64,000 bases of DNA from an uncultured Pelagibacteraceae bacterium (lineage in GTDB: Bacteria; Pseudomonadota; Alphaproteobacteria; Pelagibacterales; Pelagibacteraceae), in the NCBI GenBank assembly GCA_902532195.1, contig CACAHE010000001.1, forward strand, positions 48,521 through 112,520, in the 5' to 3' direction. Within the stretch, counting starts at the first letter, position 1, and each line of letters starts with the position of its first letter. Below, piece after piece: positions 18,438 to 25,828 of the stretch. The translations under genes and the position numbers were made by a program. The notes beneath the pieces are model-generated. The model made no database searches. It was not told the origin of the DNA and was given only the letters and a program-made list of their open reading frames with translations.

Positions 18438-19406
18438 ATGGCAATTTATACAAAAATTTCTTCAAGGGATATTATATCAATTGAGAAAAAGTACAATTTA
18501 GGAAAAATAATTCATTTTAAAGGTATTAAAAAAGGAATTGAAAATACTAATTATCTTTTAAAAACACAAAATAAAAAATTCATACTGACACTTTTTGAAA
18601 AAAGAGTTCAAAAAAAAGATTTACCTTTTTTTATGAATTTAATGGACAGGTTAAGTAAATATAAAATTAATTGTCCAAAACCTCAAAGAAATAAAAAAGG
18701 AGGCTTTTTGATAAAAGTTAAAAACAAAACTGCATCTATTGTTTCCTTTGTTGAAGGAAAAGATAAGTTAAAATTAAACCCAAAAAACTGTTATGAAATT
18801 GGTAAAAATATAGCTAAATTTCATAAAGCATCAAAAAAAATAAAACTTTATAGAAAAAATTCTTTATCTTTAAAAGAATGGCCAAAATTATTAAATAAAA
18901 TTGGAAATAAATCTAAAATTATAAGCCCAAATTTAAATGGTTTAATGAAGAATACTTTCTCACAAATAAAAAATAAATGGCCAAACAATTTACCTTTTGG
19001 GATCATTCATGCTGATTTATTTATTGATAATATTTTTTTTAAAAAAAACAAATTTAACGGATATATAGACTTCTATTTTGCGTGTAATGATTTTTTAATG
19101 TACGAAATTGCTATTTGTATAAATGCATTATGTTTTGATAAAAAAAGTAATGAATTTAAATTTAATAAGAAAAAATCAACTAATCTTATTAAAGGTTATT
19201 CAAAAATAAGAAAGTTCTCTGATAAAGAAAAAAAATCTTTAAATATCCTATGTAAAGGTGCAGCTCTTAGATATTTGTTAACAAGAACTTACGATTATTT
19301 ATATACCCCCAAGAATGCAATTATTAAAATAAAAGATCCAAAGGAGTATATTAAAAAGCTTAAAGTACATTCAAAATTTAATAGCTTTAAAGATTATTAT
19401 AATTAA
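18438..19406 (+). CDS. thrB: Homoserine kinase, type II
   Basis: MAIYT, GIENTNY, GIIHADLFIDN, IDFYFAC; ispH-thrB-rnhA synteny. Confidence 0.92.
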   Translation: MAIYTKISSRDIISIEKKYNLGKIIHFKGIKKGIENTNYLLKTQNKKFILTLFEKRVQKKDLPFFMNLMDRLSKYKINCPKPQRNKKGGFLIKVKNKTASIVSFVEGKDKLKLNPKNCYEIGKNIAKFHKASKKIKLYRKNSLSLKEWPKLLNKIGNKSKIISPNLNGLMKNTFSQIKNKWPNNLPFGIIHADLFIDNIFFKKNKFNGYIDFYFACNDFLMYEIAICINALCFDKKSNEFKFNKKKSTNLIKGYSKIRKFSDKEKKSLNILCKGAALRYLLTRTYDYLYTPKNAIIKIKDPKEYIKKLKVHSKFNSFKDYYN

Positions 19407-19829
19407 ATGATAAAAATTTATACTGATGGCTCATGTTTAGGTAATCCAGGTAATGGTGGATGGGCTGCAATAATTATTAAAGATGAAAAAAAAACTGAGA
19501 TAAAAGGAAGTAAAAGAAATACAACCAACAATCAGATGGAATTACTTGCTCCAATCAAAGCACTAAAAAAAATCCCTAAAGGAAGCAAAGTTCAAATTTT
19601 TACAGACTCTAAATATGTAAAATCAGGAATAACAGAATGGATCCATAATTGGAAAAAAAATGGATGGAAAACTGCAAACAAACAACCAGTTAAAAATAAA
19701 GAACTTTGGACAAAGTTAGATATTTTATCTAATGAATTTGAGATTAAATGGAATTGGGTAAAAGCACACTCTACAGATGAATTAAATAACGAAGTAGATT
19801 TAATTGCTAGAAAAGCTGTAAGTTTATAA
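19407..19829 (+). CDS. rnhA: Ribonuclease HI
   Basis: YTDGSCLGNPG, TTNNQMEL, TDSKYV, VKNKELW, WVKAH. Confidence 0.96.
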   Translation: MIKIYTDGSCLGNPGNGGWAAIIIKDEKKTEIKGSKRNTTNNQMELLAPIKALKKIPKGSKVQIFTDSKYVKSGITEWIHNWKKNGWKTANKQPVKNKELWTKLDILSNEFEIKWNWVKAHSTDELNNEVDLIARKAVSL

Positions 19830-19833
19830 TTAA

Positions 19834-19858
19834 GGCAACTGACTACAGAACGACCCTT
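19834..19858 (+). repeat. Degenerate copy 1 of tmRNA-3'-like direct repeat
   Basis: GGCAACTGACTACAGAACGACCCTT, 21/25 identical to 21190-21214. Confidence 0.7.
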
Positions 19859-19914
19859 TAAAACCTTACTAATTTATAAATTGTTCTTAAGTTTGTTTTG
19901 TGCTAGGTTTAATT

Positions 19915-19965
19915 GAGCGCTGATTTAATTCAAATTGCGAGCGCTTTATAAATCCTGCTAAAGCG
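19915..19965 (+). ncRNA. SAM-II riboswitch
   Basis: GCGCTGATTT...TTGCGAGCGC...ATAAAT...GCTAAA follows the SAM-II pseudoknot pattern; upstream of bhmT. Confidence 0.85.
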
Positions 19966-19982
19966 ATACTCTTAATAGATAG

Positions 19983-20011
19983 ACCACCGCTTTAGCCGGT
20001 GGTTTTTTTTT
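19983..20011 (+). terminator. Riboswitch-linked intrinsic terminator
   Basis: ACCACCG-loop-CGGTGGT plus T-run; CGCTTTAGC (19988-19996) is complementary to SAM-II GCTAAAGCG. Confidence 0.85.
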
Positions 20012-20033
20012 GAAAATAATTTTCAATCAAAGA

Positions 20034-20089
20034 CCAGGTATTTAACCATATTGTGCACCTGACATTTGTCAAAGCACTAAAAAGGAGAG
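20034..20089 (+). ncRNA. SAM-V riboswitch
   Basis: CAGGTATTTAACCATATTGTGCACCTG...AAAGCACTAAAAAGGAGAG ending on the bhmT RBS; SAM-V pattern. Confidence 0.82.
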
Positions 20090-20094
20090 TAAAA

Positions 20095-21159
20095 ATGAGT
20101 CAGAAAAAAAGGAATTTAATTGAAAGATTAGATTCAGGTCCTGTAATTTGTGCAGAAGGATTTCTTTTTGAAATTGAAAAAAGAGGATACATGGCATCAG
20201 GAGAATTTGTTCCGATGGTATCTTTAGAAAATCCAGAAGCATTAGAAAATTTACACAGAGATTTTCAACATTCGGGATCAGACATTGTTCAAGCTTTTAC
20301 TTATAATGGACATAGAGAAAAAATGCGTGTTATTGGAAAAGAGGAATTATTAGAACCTCTCAACAGAGCAGCATTAAAAATTGCAAAAAAAGTATCAACT
20401 AGTCCAATAGGTAAAGAGCCTAATTTAATGGCTGGAAACATTTCAAATACAAATATTTGGAAACAAGGTGATAAAAAACCCCAATTAGAAGTTGAAAAAA
20501 TGTTTCAAGAAATGGTTGGATGGGCAGTTGATGAAGGGGCGGACATATTAATTGGAGAAACTTTTTATTATGCAGAAGAAGCTTATACAGCTTTAAAAGT
20601 GATGAAAGAAACTGGACTTCCGTCGGTTATTACTATCGCTCCATACGGTGAGAATATTATGAGAGATGGAGTTTCTATTCTTGATACCTGTAAGGAATTG
20701 GAGCAAAGAGGAGGAGATGTAGTAGGAATGAATTGTCATAGAGGACCTAACACTATGCTTCCCTATCTCAAAGAAATTAGAAAAGAGTTAAAGTGTCATA
20801 TGGCTGGATTACCCATCACTTATAGAACAACTGATGAGCATCCTACTTTTTTTAATTTACCAGATAACAATGGATGTAGTTGCGATACTCCTCATGAAAC
20901 CACATTCCCAACAGCTTTAGATCCAATGCAATGCAGTAGATATGAAATAGGACAATTTGCAAGAGAAGCTTATAGTTTAGGAATAAATTATTTAGGTGTT
21001 TGTTGTGGAGCAAACCCTATGTTGATTAGAGAAACTGCTGAAGCAGTTGGTTTAATGGTTCCTTCTAGCAAATATAGAGAGAATATGGAAAATCATTATA
21101 TGTTTGGAAAAAATAAACGAATTCCGAAACATATAAAAGACTATAGAAGTAAAGCTTAA
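20095..21159 (+). CDS. bhmT: Betaine-homocysteine S-methyltransferase-like protein
   Basis: VICAEGFLFE, GMNCHRGP and LGVCCG Zn ligands; SAM riboswitches upstream; ATG 20095 after AGGAG. Confidence 0.88.
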   Translation: MSQKKRNLIERLDSGPVICAEGFLFEIEKRGYMASGEFVPMVSLENPEALENLHRDFQHSGSDIVQAFTYNGHREKMRVIGKEELLEPLNRAALKIAKKVSTSPIGKEPNLMAGNISNTNIWKQGDKKPQLEVEKMFQEMVGWAVDEGADILIGETFYYAEEAYTALKVMKETGLPSVITIAPYGENIMRDGVSILDTCKELEQRGGDVVGMNCHRGPNTMLPYLKEIRKELKCHMAGLPITYRTTDEHPTFFNLPDNNGCSCDTPHETTFPTALDPMQCSRYEIGQFAREAYSLGINYLGVCCGANPMLIRETAEAVGLMVPSSKYRENMENHYMFGKNKRIPKHIKDYRSKA

Positions 21160-21178
21160 TTAATTTTTTAATTAACTT

Positions 21179-21214
21179 ACGGGGTTAGGGGCACCTGGCA
21201 ACAGAACGCCCCTT
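21179..21214 (+). repeat. Fragment resembling the 3' hairpin of alphaproteobacterial permuted tmRNA (core copy 2)
   Basis: ACGGGGTTAGGGGCACCTGGCAACAGAACGCCCCTT; stem AGGGGC/GCCCCT with CTG-GCAA-CAG; resemblance to tmRNA is recalled, not searched. Confidence 0.7.
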
Positions 21215-21261
21215 AAATAATTTATTATCTTTCTCTATCAACGATAATTATTTTTAAAAAG

Positions 21262-21293
21262 ACTATGTACCTACTATGTACTGACTATGTACC
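21262..21293 (+). repeat. Tandem array 3x ACTATGTAC(C/T), 11-bp period
   Basis: Copies at 21262, 21273 and 21284. Confidence 0.95.
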
Positions 21294-21306
21294 ATACCTT
21301 CAAAAC

Positions 21307-21729
21307 TCAAAATTTACTTTTTTTAAAATATTCTTTTATGTCTTTTTGAAACAATAGGTAAATACAAGAAATCTGTAATAAAGTATTTAAAATTAAAATA
21401 GATCTTACTGTCAATTCATTAAATCCTATTTCTGGTATAGGTCCATAAGGAGCAGCAAAACTTACATTTATTGCGTGGATTAAATCTAACAAACCAATCA
21501 CATTCCAAGACAGCAAAAGACCCCATAGTATAGTGCTTGGTTTTTTTATAATGTGGTAAACTAAAAATAAAGCAGTTATCCCAATAAAAAAGTCGCCCAC
21601 AAAAGGAACTATCCATTCGGATGGTGCCGAACGCTCATTTTCAGTAAAGATCCAAAACAAAAACAAACCTGACCCAACTGCTCTGAATGACATCCATCCA
21701 GTTACAAAAATAATCCAATTTAATTTCAC
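21307..21729 (-). CDS. Hypothetical membrane protein (~4 TM)
   Basis: 140-aa ORF with GTG start and four hydrophobic segments; fills the space between the repeat arrays. Confidence 0.75.
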   Translation of the reverse strand: MKLNWIIFVTGWMSFRAVGSGLFLFWIFTENERSAPSEWIVPFVGDFFIGITALFLVYHIIKKPSTILWGLLLSWNVIGLLDLIHAINVSFAAPYGPIPEIGFNELTVRSILILNTLLQISCIYLLFQKDIKEYFKKSKF

Positions 21730-21792
21730 TTGAGAATTACATATCAGAAAGAAACCTCAATTACAAAGTCATCACAAAGAAATCCTAGATTA

Positions 21793-21814
21793 ACTATGTA
21801 CCCTACTATGTACC
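21793..21814 (+). repeat. Tandem array 2x ACTATGTACC, 12-bp period
   Basis: Copies at 21793 and 21805. Confidence 0.95.
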
Positions 21815-21859
21815 TTTCAAAAAAGTCATATATTATGTTATGTATTGATTTGGGTCGGA

Positions 21860-21875
21860 CAACAGAACACCCCCT
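21860..21875 (+). repeat. Core copy 3 of tmRNA-3'-like direct repeat
   Basis: CAACAGAACACCCCTT, 15/16 identical to 21199-21214. Confidence 0.85.
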
Positions 21876-21878
21876 TTT

Positions 21879-23090
21879 TTAGATTTTGCTTTTAATAAAG
21901 TTTTTTACGTCTTTTGTATTGTTTTTTAATATTTGAAAATTTTCATCTTTATCAAGCACATGCTGAAGTTCTTTGGGTAATTTTTCATGCTTATTTATTG
22001 CATTATTTGTAGCATCTGGAAATTTACATGGGTGTGCTGTTGATAAAACTATACAATCATTAAAAGATAGTTTTTTTGCAGCCCCTACTCCAACCGCTGT
22101 ATGAGGATCTAATATTATATTATTTTCTTCATAATTTTTTTTTATAATATCTAAAGTTTCTTGTTCATTACACCTTTCAGATAAAAAATCCTTTTGAATT
22201 ATATCTAAACTACTCTTTTCAATTTTGTAAGAATTCTGCTTAACTTTTTTCATAATTTCTGCTGTTATTTTAGAATCTGAATTATTTACATAGTAAATTA
22301 ATCTTTCAAAGTTACTTGCTAATTGAATATCCATACTAGGTGATAATGTTTCTTTAACTTCTTTTGAAATATAATCTCCTTTTGAAATCGCTCTATGTAA
22401 AATATCATTTTCGTTTGTTGCAACAATTAATTTATCAATTGGTAATCCCATTTTCTTTGCAAGATAACCTGCAAAAACATCACCAAAGTTTCCTGTTGGT
22501 ACTGAAAATGAAATTGTTTCTTTTCCTAATTTAAAATATGAGTAAAAATAATAAACTGTTTGAGCAATAATTCTTGCCCAATTTATTGAATTTACGCCTG
22601 ACATATTTATAGATTTAGAAAACTCTAGATCAGAAAACATTTGTTTTACAATATTTTGACAATCATCAAAATTTCCATCTACTGCAATATTGAAAACATT
22701 TTTTTCTTCTACAGTAGTCATTATTTTTCTTTGTACGGAAGAAATTTTATTGTTTGGATGTAAGACAAATATATTTAAATTAGATTTTCCTTTAATAGCA
22801 TCTATTGCCGCTGCTCCTGTATCTCCTGAAGTTGCTACAACTATGTTTATTTTTTTATCATTTTTATTTAAATAATATTCATACAAGTTTCCAATGAATT
22901 GCATTGCAATATCTTTAAAAGCTAATGTTGGCCCATGAAACAATTCTAATAATGTTAATTCTCCTAAACTTGAAATTTTAACAACTTCTTTTTCTCTAAA
23001 TGTTGAATATGATTTTTTAATCAAGGATGAAAGTTCATCTTTTAAAATAAAATCTGATGAAAATAGATTTATTATTTCAGTAGATAATTC
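21879..23090 (-). CDS. thrC: Threonine synthase, 5'-truncated at junction
   Basis: ELFHGPTLAFKD, ATSGDTG, NSINWARI, VPTGNFG, DPHTA, TAHP.KF; frame reads ELSTEIINLF back to ~23090, but the N-terminus is missing. Confidence 0.9.
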   Translation of the reverse strand, partial: ELSTEIINLFSSDFILKDELSSLIKKSYSTFREKEVVKISSLGELTLLELFHGPTLAFKDIAMQFIGNLYEYYLNKNDKKINIVVATSGDTGAAAIDAIKGKSNLNIFVLHPNNKISSVQRKIMTTVEEKNVFNIAVDGNFDDCQNIVKQMFSDLEFSKSINMSGVNSINWARIIAQTVYYFYSYFKLGKETISFSVPTGNFGDVFAGYLAKKMGLPIDKLIVATNENDILHRAISKGDYISKEVKETLSPSMDIQLASNFERLIYYVNNSDSKITAEIMKKVKQNSYKIEKSSLDIIQKDFLSERCNEQETLDIIKKNYEENNIILDPHTAVGVGAAKKLSFNDCIVLSTAHPCKFPDATNNAINKHEKLPKELQHVLDKDENFQILKNNTKDVKNFIKSKI

Positions 23091-24136
23091 AAGTTGGTAG
23101 AACAGGAGCGCTTACACCAGTGGCAAAAATTAAACCAGTAAATATAGGGGGAGTAGTTGTTTCAAATGCCACCTTGCACAACGAAGATGAAATTTTGAGA
23201 AAAGATATTAGGGTTGGGGACACGGTTAAAATAGAAAGAGCAGGCGATGTAATTCCACATGTTATTTCAGTGGATAAATCAAAAAGAATAAATAACTCAA
23301 ATAAATATAAATTTCCTGAAAAATGTCCATCTTGTGGATCTAGAGTTATTAAAGAATTTAATAATCAAACAAAAAAATATGATGCAGTCAAAAGGTGCAC
23401 AAGCGAAGGATTTGAATGCGAAAAAATGGCTATAGAAAAAATAAAACACTTCATTTCCAAAGATGCATTGAATATAGACGGTTTGGGTAAAAAAGTTATA
23501 GAGAAATTTTGGGATTTAAATTTTATTCGACTTCCACAAGATATATTTAAGCTAAATTATAATAAGATAGAAACTCTTGATGGATGGGGAAAATTATCTG
23601 TCGCTAACCTTAGATATGCTATAGATCAATCAAAAAAAATTAGTCTTGAAAAACTAATATTCTCTCTAGGAATTAGACATATTGGCCAAGAAAATGCAAA
23701 GCTATTGTCCCAGAGCATAAAAAATTATGAAAATTTTTCAAAGATTAATTCTAATTTTAATTTTAATACATTTCTAACCATTGATGGAATTGGCGAAACA
23801 CAAATAAAATCATTAAAGAAATTTTTTTCTAATAAAAGTAATTTAGAATTAATTGGTGAAATTAAAAAATATATGATTGTTAAAAATGTCGAAAAATCAG
23901 CTTCAGGTAAATTTAAAAATAAAACATTTATGTTTACAGGTAAGCTTGAAGGCATAAGTAGAGCAGAAGCAAAATCCTTGATTGAGAAAAATTCTGGAAA
24001 AATTTTAAGTTCAGTAAATGGAAAGTTAAATTATTTGATTGTTGGCGACAAACCAACTGTAAGAAAAGTTAACCAAGCAATAGAACTTAAAGTTAGTGTT
24101 ATAAAACAACAAGATTTTCAAAAAATGCTAGATTAG
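23087..24136 (+). CDS. ligA: NAD-dependent DNA ligase, C-terminal half only
   Basis: Begins IQVGRTGALTPVA (OB fold), NATLHN, RAGDVIP, Zn finger CPSC, HhH, BRCT; adenylation domain absent, in-frame TAG at 23081. Confidence 0.9.
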   Translation: MQVGRTGALTPVAKIKPVNIGGVVVSNATLHNEDEILRKDIRVGDTVKIERAGDVIPHVISVDKSKRINNSNKYKFPEKCPSCGSRVIKEFNNQTKKYDAVKRCTSEGFECEKMAIEKIKHFISKDALNIDGLGKKVIEKFWDLNFIRLPQDIFKLNYNKIETLDGWGKLSVANLRYAIDQSKKISLEKLIFSLGIRHIGQENAKLLSQSIKNYENFSKINSNFNFNTFLTIDGIGETQIKSLKKFFSNKSNLELIGEIKKYMIVKNVEKSASGKFKNKTFMFTGKLEGISRAEAKSLIEKNSGKILSSVNGKLNYLIVGDKPTVRKVNQAIELKVSVIKQQDFQKMLD

Positions 24137-25828
24137 ATTTTGCAACCAGATTTTCTCAGCTTTATTAAGATACTTCGATAAATTAGAATAAATTTCTAAA
24201 TTATATTTAAATAAGTATTCCCTCTCTTGTTTACTTAACATTGAAAAATTTACTAAATCATTATCAATAGGGGCCAAAGTGAAATTTTTAAAAAATAATT
24301 TATTTTTTTCCTTTGAAATATATACTAAATTTTCTATTCTTATTCCAAACTCATTCTCTCTATAATACCCTGGTTCATTACTTAAGATCATTCCTTTTTT
24401 TAAAACTACATTATTAAATTTTGAAATTGACTGAGGTCCCTCATGAACATTTAAAAAAAATCCTACTCCATGTCCAGTTCCATGAGCATAATCAAGATTA
24501 ATTTCATTCAACCATTTCCTTGCTCTTTTATCAATTATACTACCTTTATTTATTTTATTTAGATTTGTAGTTGCTACTGCTATATGGCCTTTCAGAACTC
24601 TAGTAAAAATGTTTTTAATATATTTTGATGGTTTATTAAAACAAATAGTTCTTGTTACATCTGTTGTACCATATTTATATTGTCCACCTGAATCACAGAG
24701 TAAGAGATCATTTTTTTTTAAATATCTATTTGAAAGCTTATTTGCTCTATAATGAATAATTGCTCCATTAGGGCCAGATCCAGCAATAGTATTAAAACTA
24801 GGAAACAAATAATTTTTATTTTTTTTTCTAAAACTTTCTAATTTTTTTTCAACTTTTATTTCATTCAAACCTTTTAATTTTGTGTTTTTTATCCAGTACA
24901 AAAATTTTGTTAAAGCAACACCATCATTTATATGGGCTTGTTTCATATTTTCTATTTCTATTTTATTTTTTATTGACTTTAAATAGTAACAAGGATCATT
25001 AAAATTTTTGATTTGAAATTTAGAACTTATGATATTTTCATTAAAAACTGAACAGGTGCTACTATCTATAGAAAAATTTTCACCTTTAAGTTTTGTAATT
25101 ACTTCAAAAAAATCTCTAAATTTAAAGAATTTAAAGTTTTTATAAAAAGCAATTTTTTTAATTTTATTAATTTTTAAAGGACAGGAAAAAAAATATATTT
25201 CTTTTTTATTAGTTAAAATAATTTTACAGTTTGGTATAGGTGAATTTGGATTATCTCCACCTCTTAAATTAAGTAACCAAGCTACATTTTCGGGTGCACT
25301 TATGAATATATTTTCAATTCCTTTTTTATTTAAAATATTTACTAGCTTATTTATTTTTGAAAAAGAAGTTTCCCCAGAAATCTCCTTGTTTAAAACATAA
25401 AAGCTATTTACTTTATTAACCTTTTTAGGTGCAGAAATTTTGTCAATCAAATTATCATAAATGGGTACTAGCTTATGTTTATTTCCTATAATTTTATTTA
25501 AATATTTACTTGTAAATAGATTTGGATCGAATCCTAAAGACAAATCTTTATTAAATTTTGATAATATTTCTTTTGGAGTTACCATTGGAATTTGGTGGAT
25601 TAAAAATTCTTTTCCAGCCTGTTTTTTAGCTTGAATTATATATCTTCCATCAACAAATAAATGATTTTCTCTATATAATATTATAGATAAACCATAAGAA
25701 CCTGTGAAATTTGAAATTTTTCTTAATCTATCCGGGTATGCGTGCTCAGAAAAAAAAGCATCATTCTTAGGTACTATATAACCATCAATATTTTTTTTTG
25801 AAAATAGTTTTTTTAATTTATTAATCAT
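24128..25828 (-). CDS. pepP: Xaa-Pro aminopeptidase
   Basis: DSGGQYKYGTTDVTRT, HGTGHGVG, VHEGP, SNEPGYY, GIRIEN. Confidence 0.92.
   Translation of the reverse strand: MINKLKKLFSKKNIDGYIVPKNDAFFSEHAYPDRLRKISNFTGSYGLSIILYRENHLFVDGRYIIQAKKQAGKEFLIHQIPMVTPKEILSKFNKDLSLGFDPNLFTSKYLNKIIGNKHKLVPIYDNLIDKISAPKKVNKVNSFYVLNKEISGETSFSKINKLVNILNKKGIENIFISAPENVAWLLNLRGGDNPNSPIPNCKIILTNKKEIYFFSCPLKINKIKKIAFYKNFKFFKFRDFFEVITKLKGENFSIDSSTCSVFNENIISSKFQIKNFNDPCYYLKSIKNKIEIENMKQAHINDGVALTKFLYWIKNTKLKGLNEIKVEKKLESFRKKNKNYLFPSFNTIAGSGPNGAIIHYRANKLSNRYLKKNDLLLCDSGGQYKYGTTDVTRTICFNKPSKYIKNIFTRVLKGHIAVATTNLNKINKGSIIDKRARKWLNEINLDYAHGTGHGVGFFLNVHEGPQSISKFNNVVLKKGMILSNEPGYYRENEFGIRIENLVYISKEKNKLFFKNFTLAPIDNDLVNFSMLSKQEREYLFKYNLEIYSNLSKYLNKAEKIWLQNLI

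Larger units (their letters stand above)
21199..21875. mobile_element. Putative non-autonomous mini integrative element (661-bp unit)
   Basis: 16-bp direct repeats CAACAGAAC(G/A)CCCCTT at 21199 and 21860; internal 3x and 2x ACTATGTAC(C/T) arrays; one cargo gene; no integrase. Confidence 0.55.

Noticed and set aside
20053-20094. Longest-ORF N-terminal extensions (bhmT, prpE, umuD, atpF, blh, uvrD, pepP)
   Set aside because: They run through riboswitch or promoter sequence or neighbouring genes; downstream ATGs with an RBS or stop overlap fit better
21156-21176. Possible CtrA box in the TTAA-rich run after bhmT
   Set aside because: Half-site spacing is 8, not 7; AT-rich palindrome expected by chance
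21160-21220. Complete tmRNA gene
   Set aside because: Only ~36 nt of the 3' hairpin; upstream sequence is bhmT coding, with no acceptor piece or tag frame
21262-21814. ACTATGTAC repeats as a CRISPR array or integron attC
   Set aside because: The units are 10 bp with 1-2 bp gaps and no spacers; no cas or intI genes; no RYYYAAC/GTTRRRY palindrome
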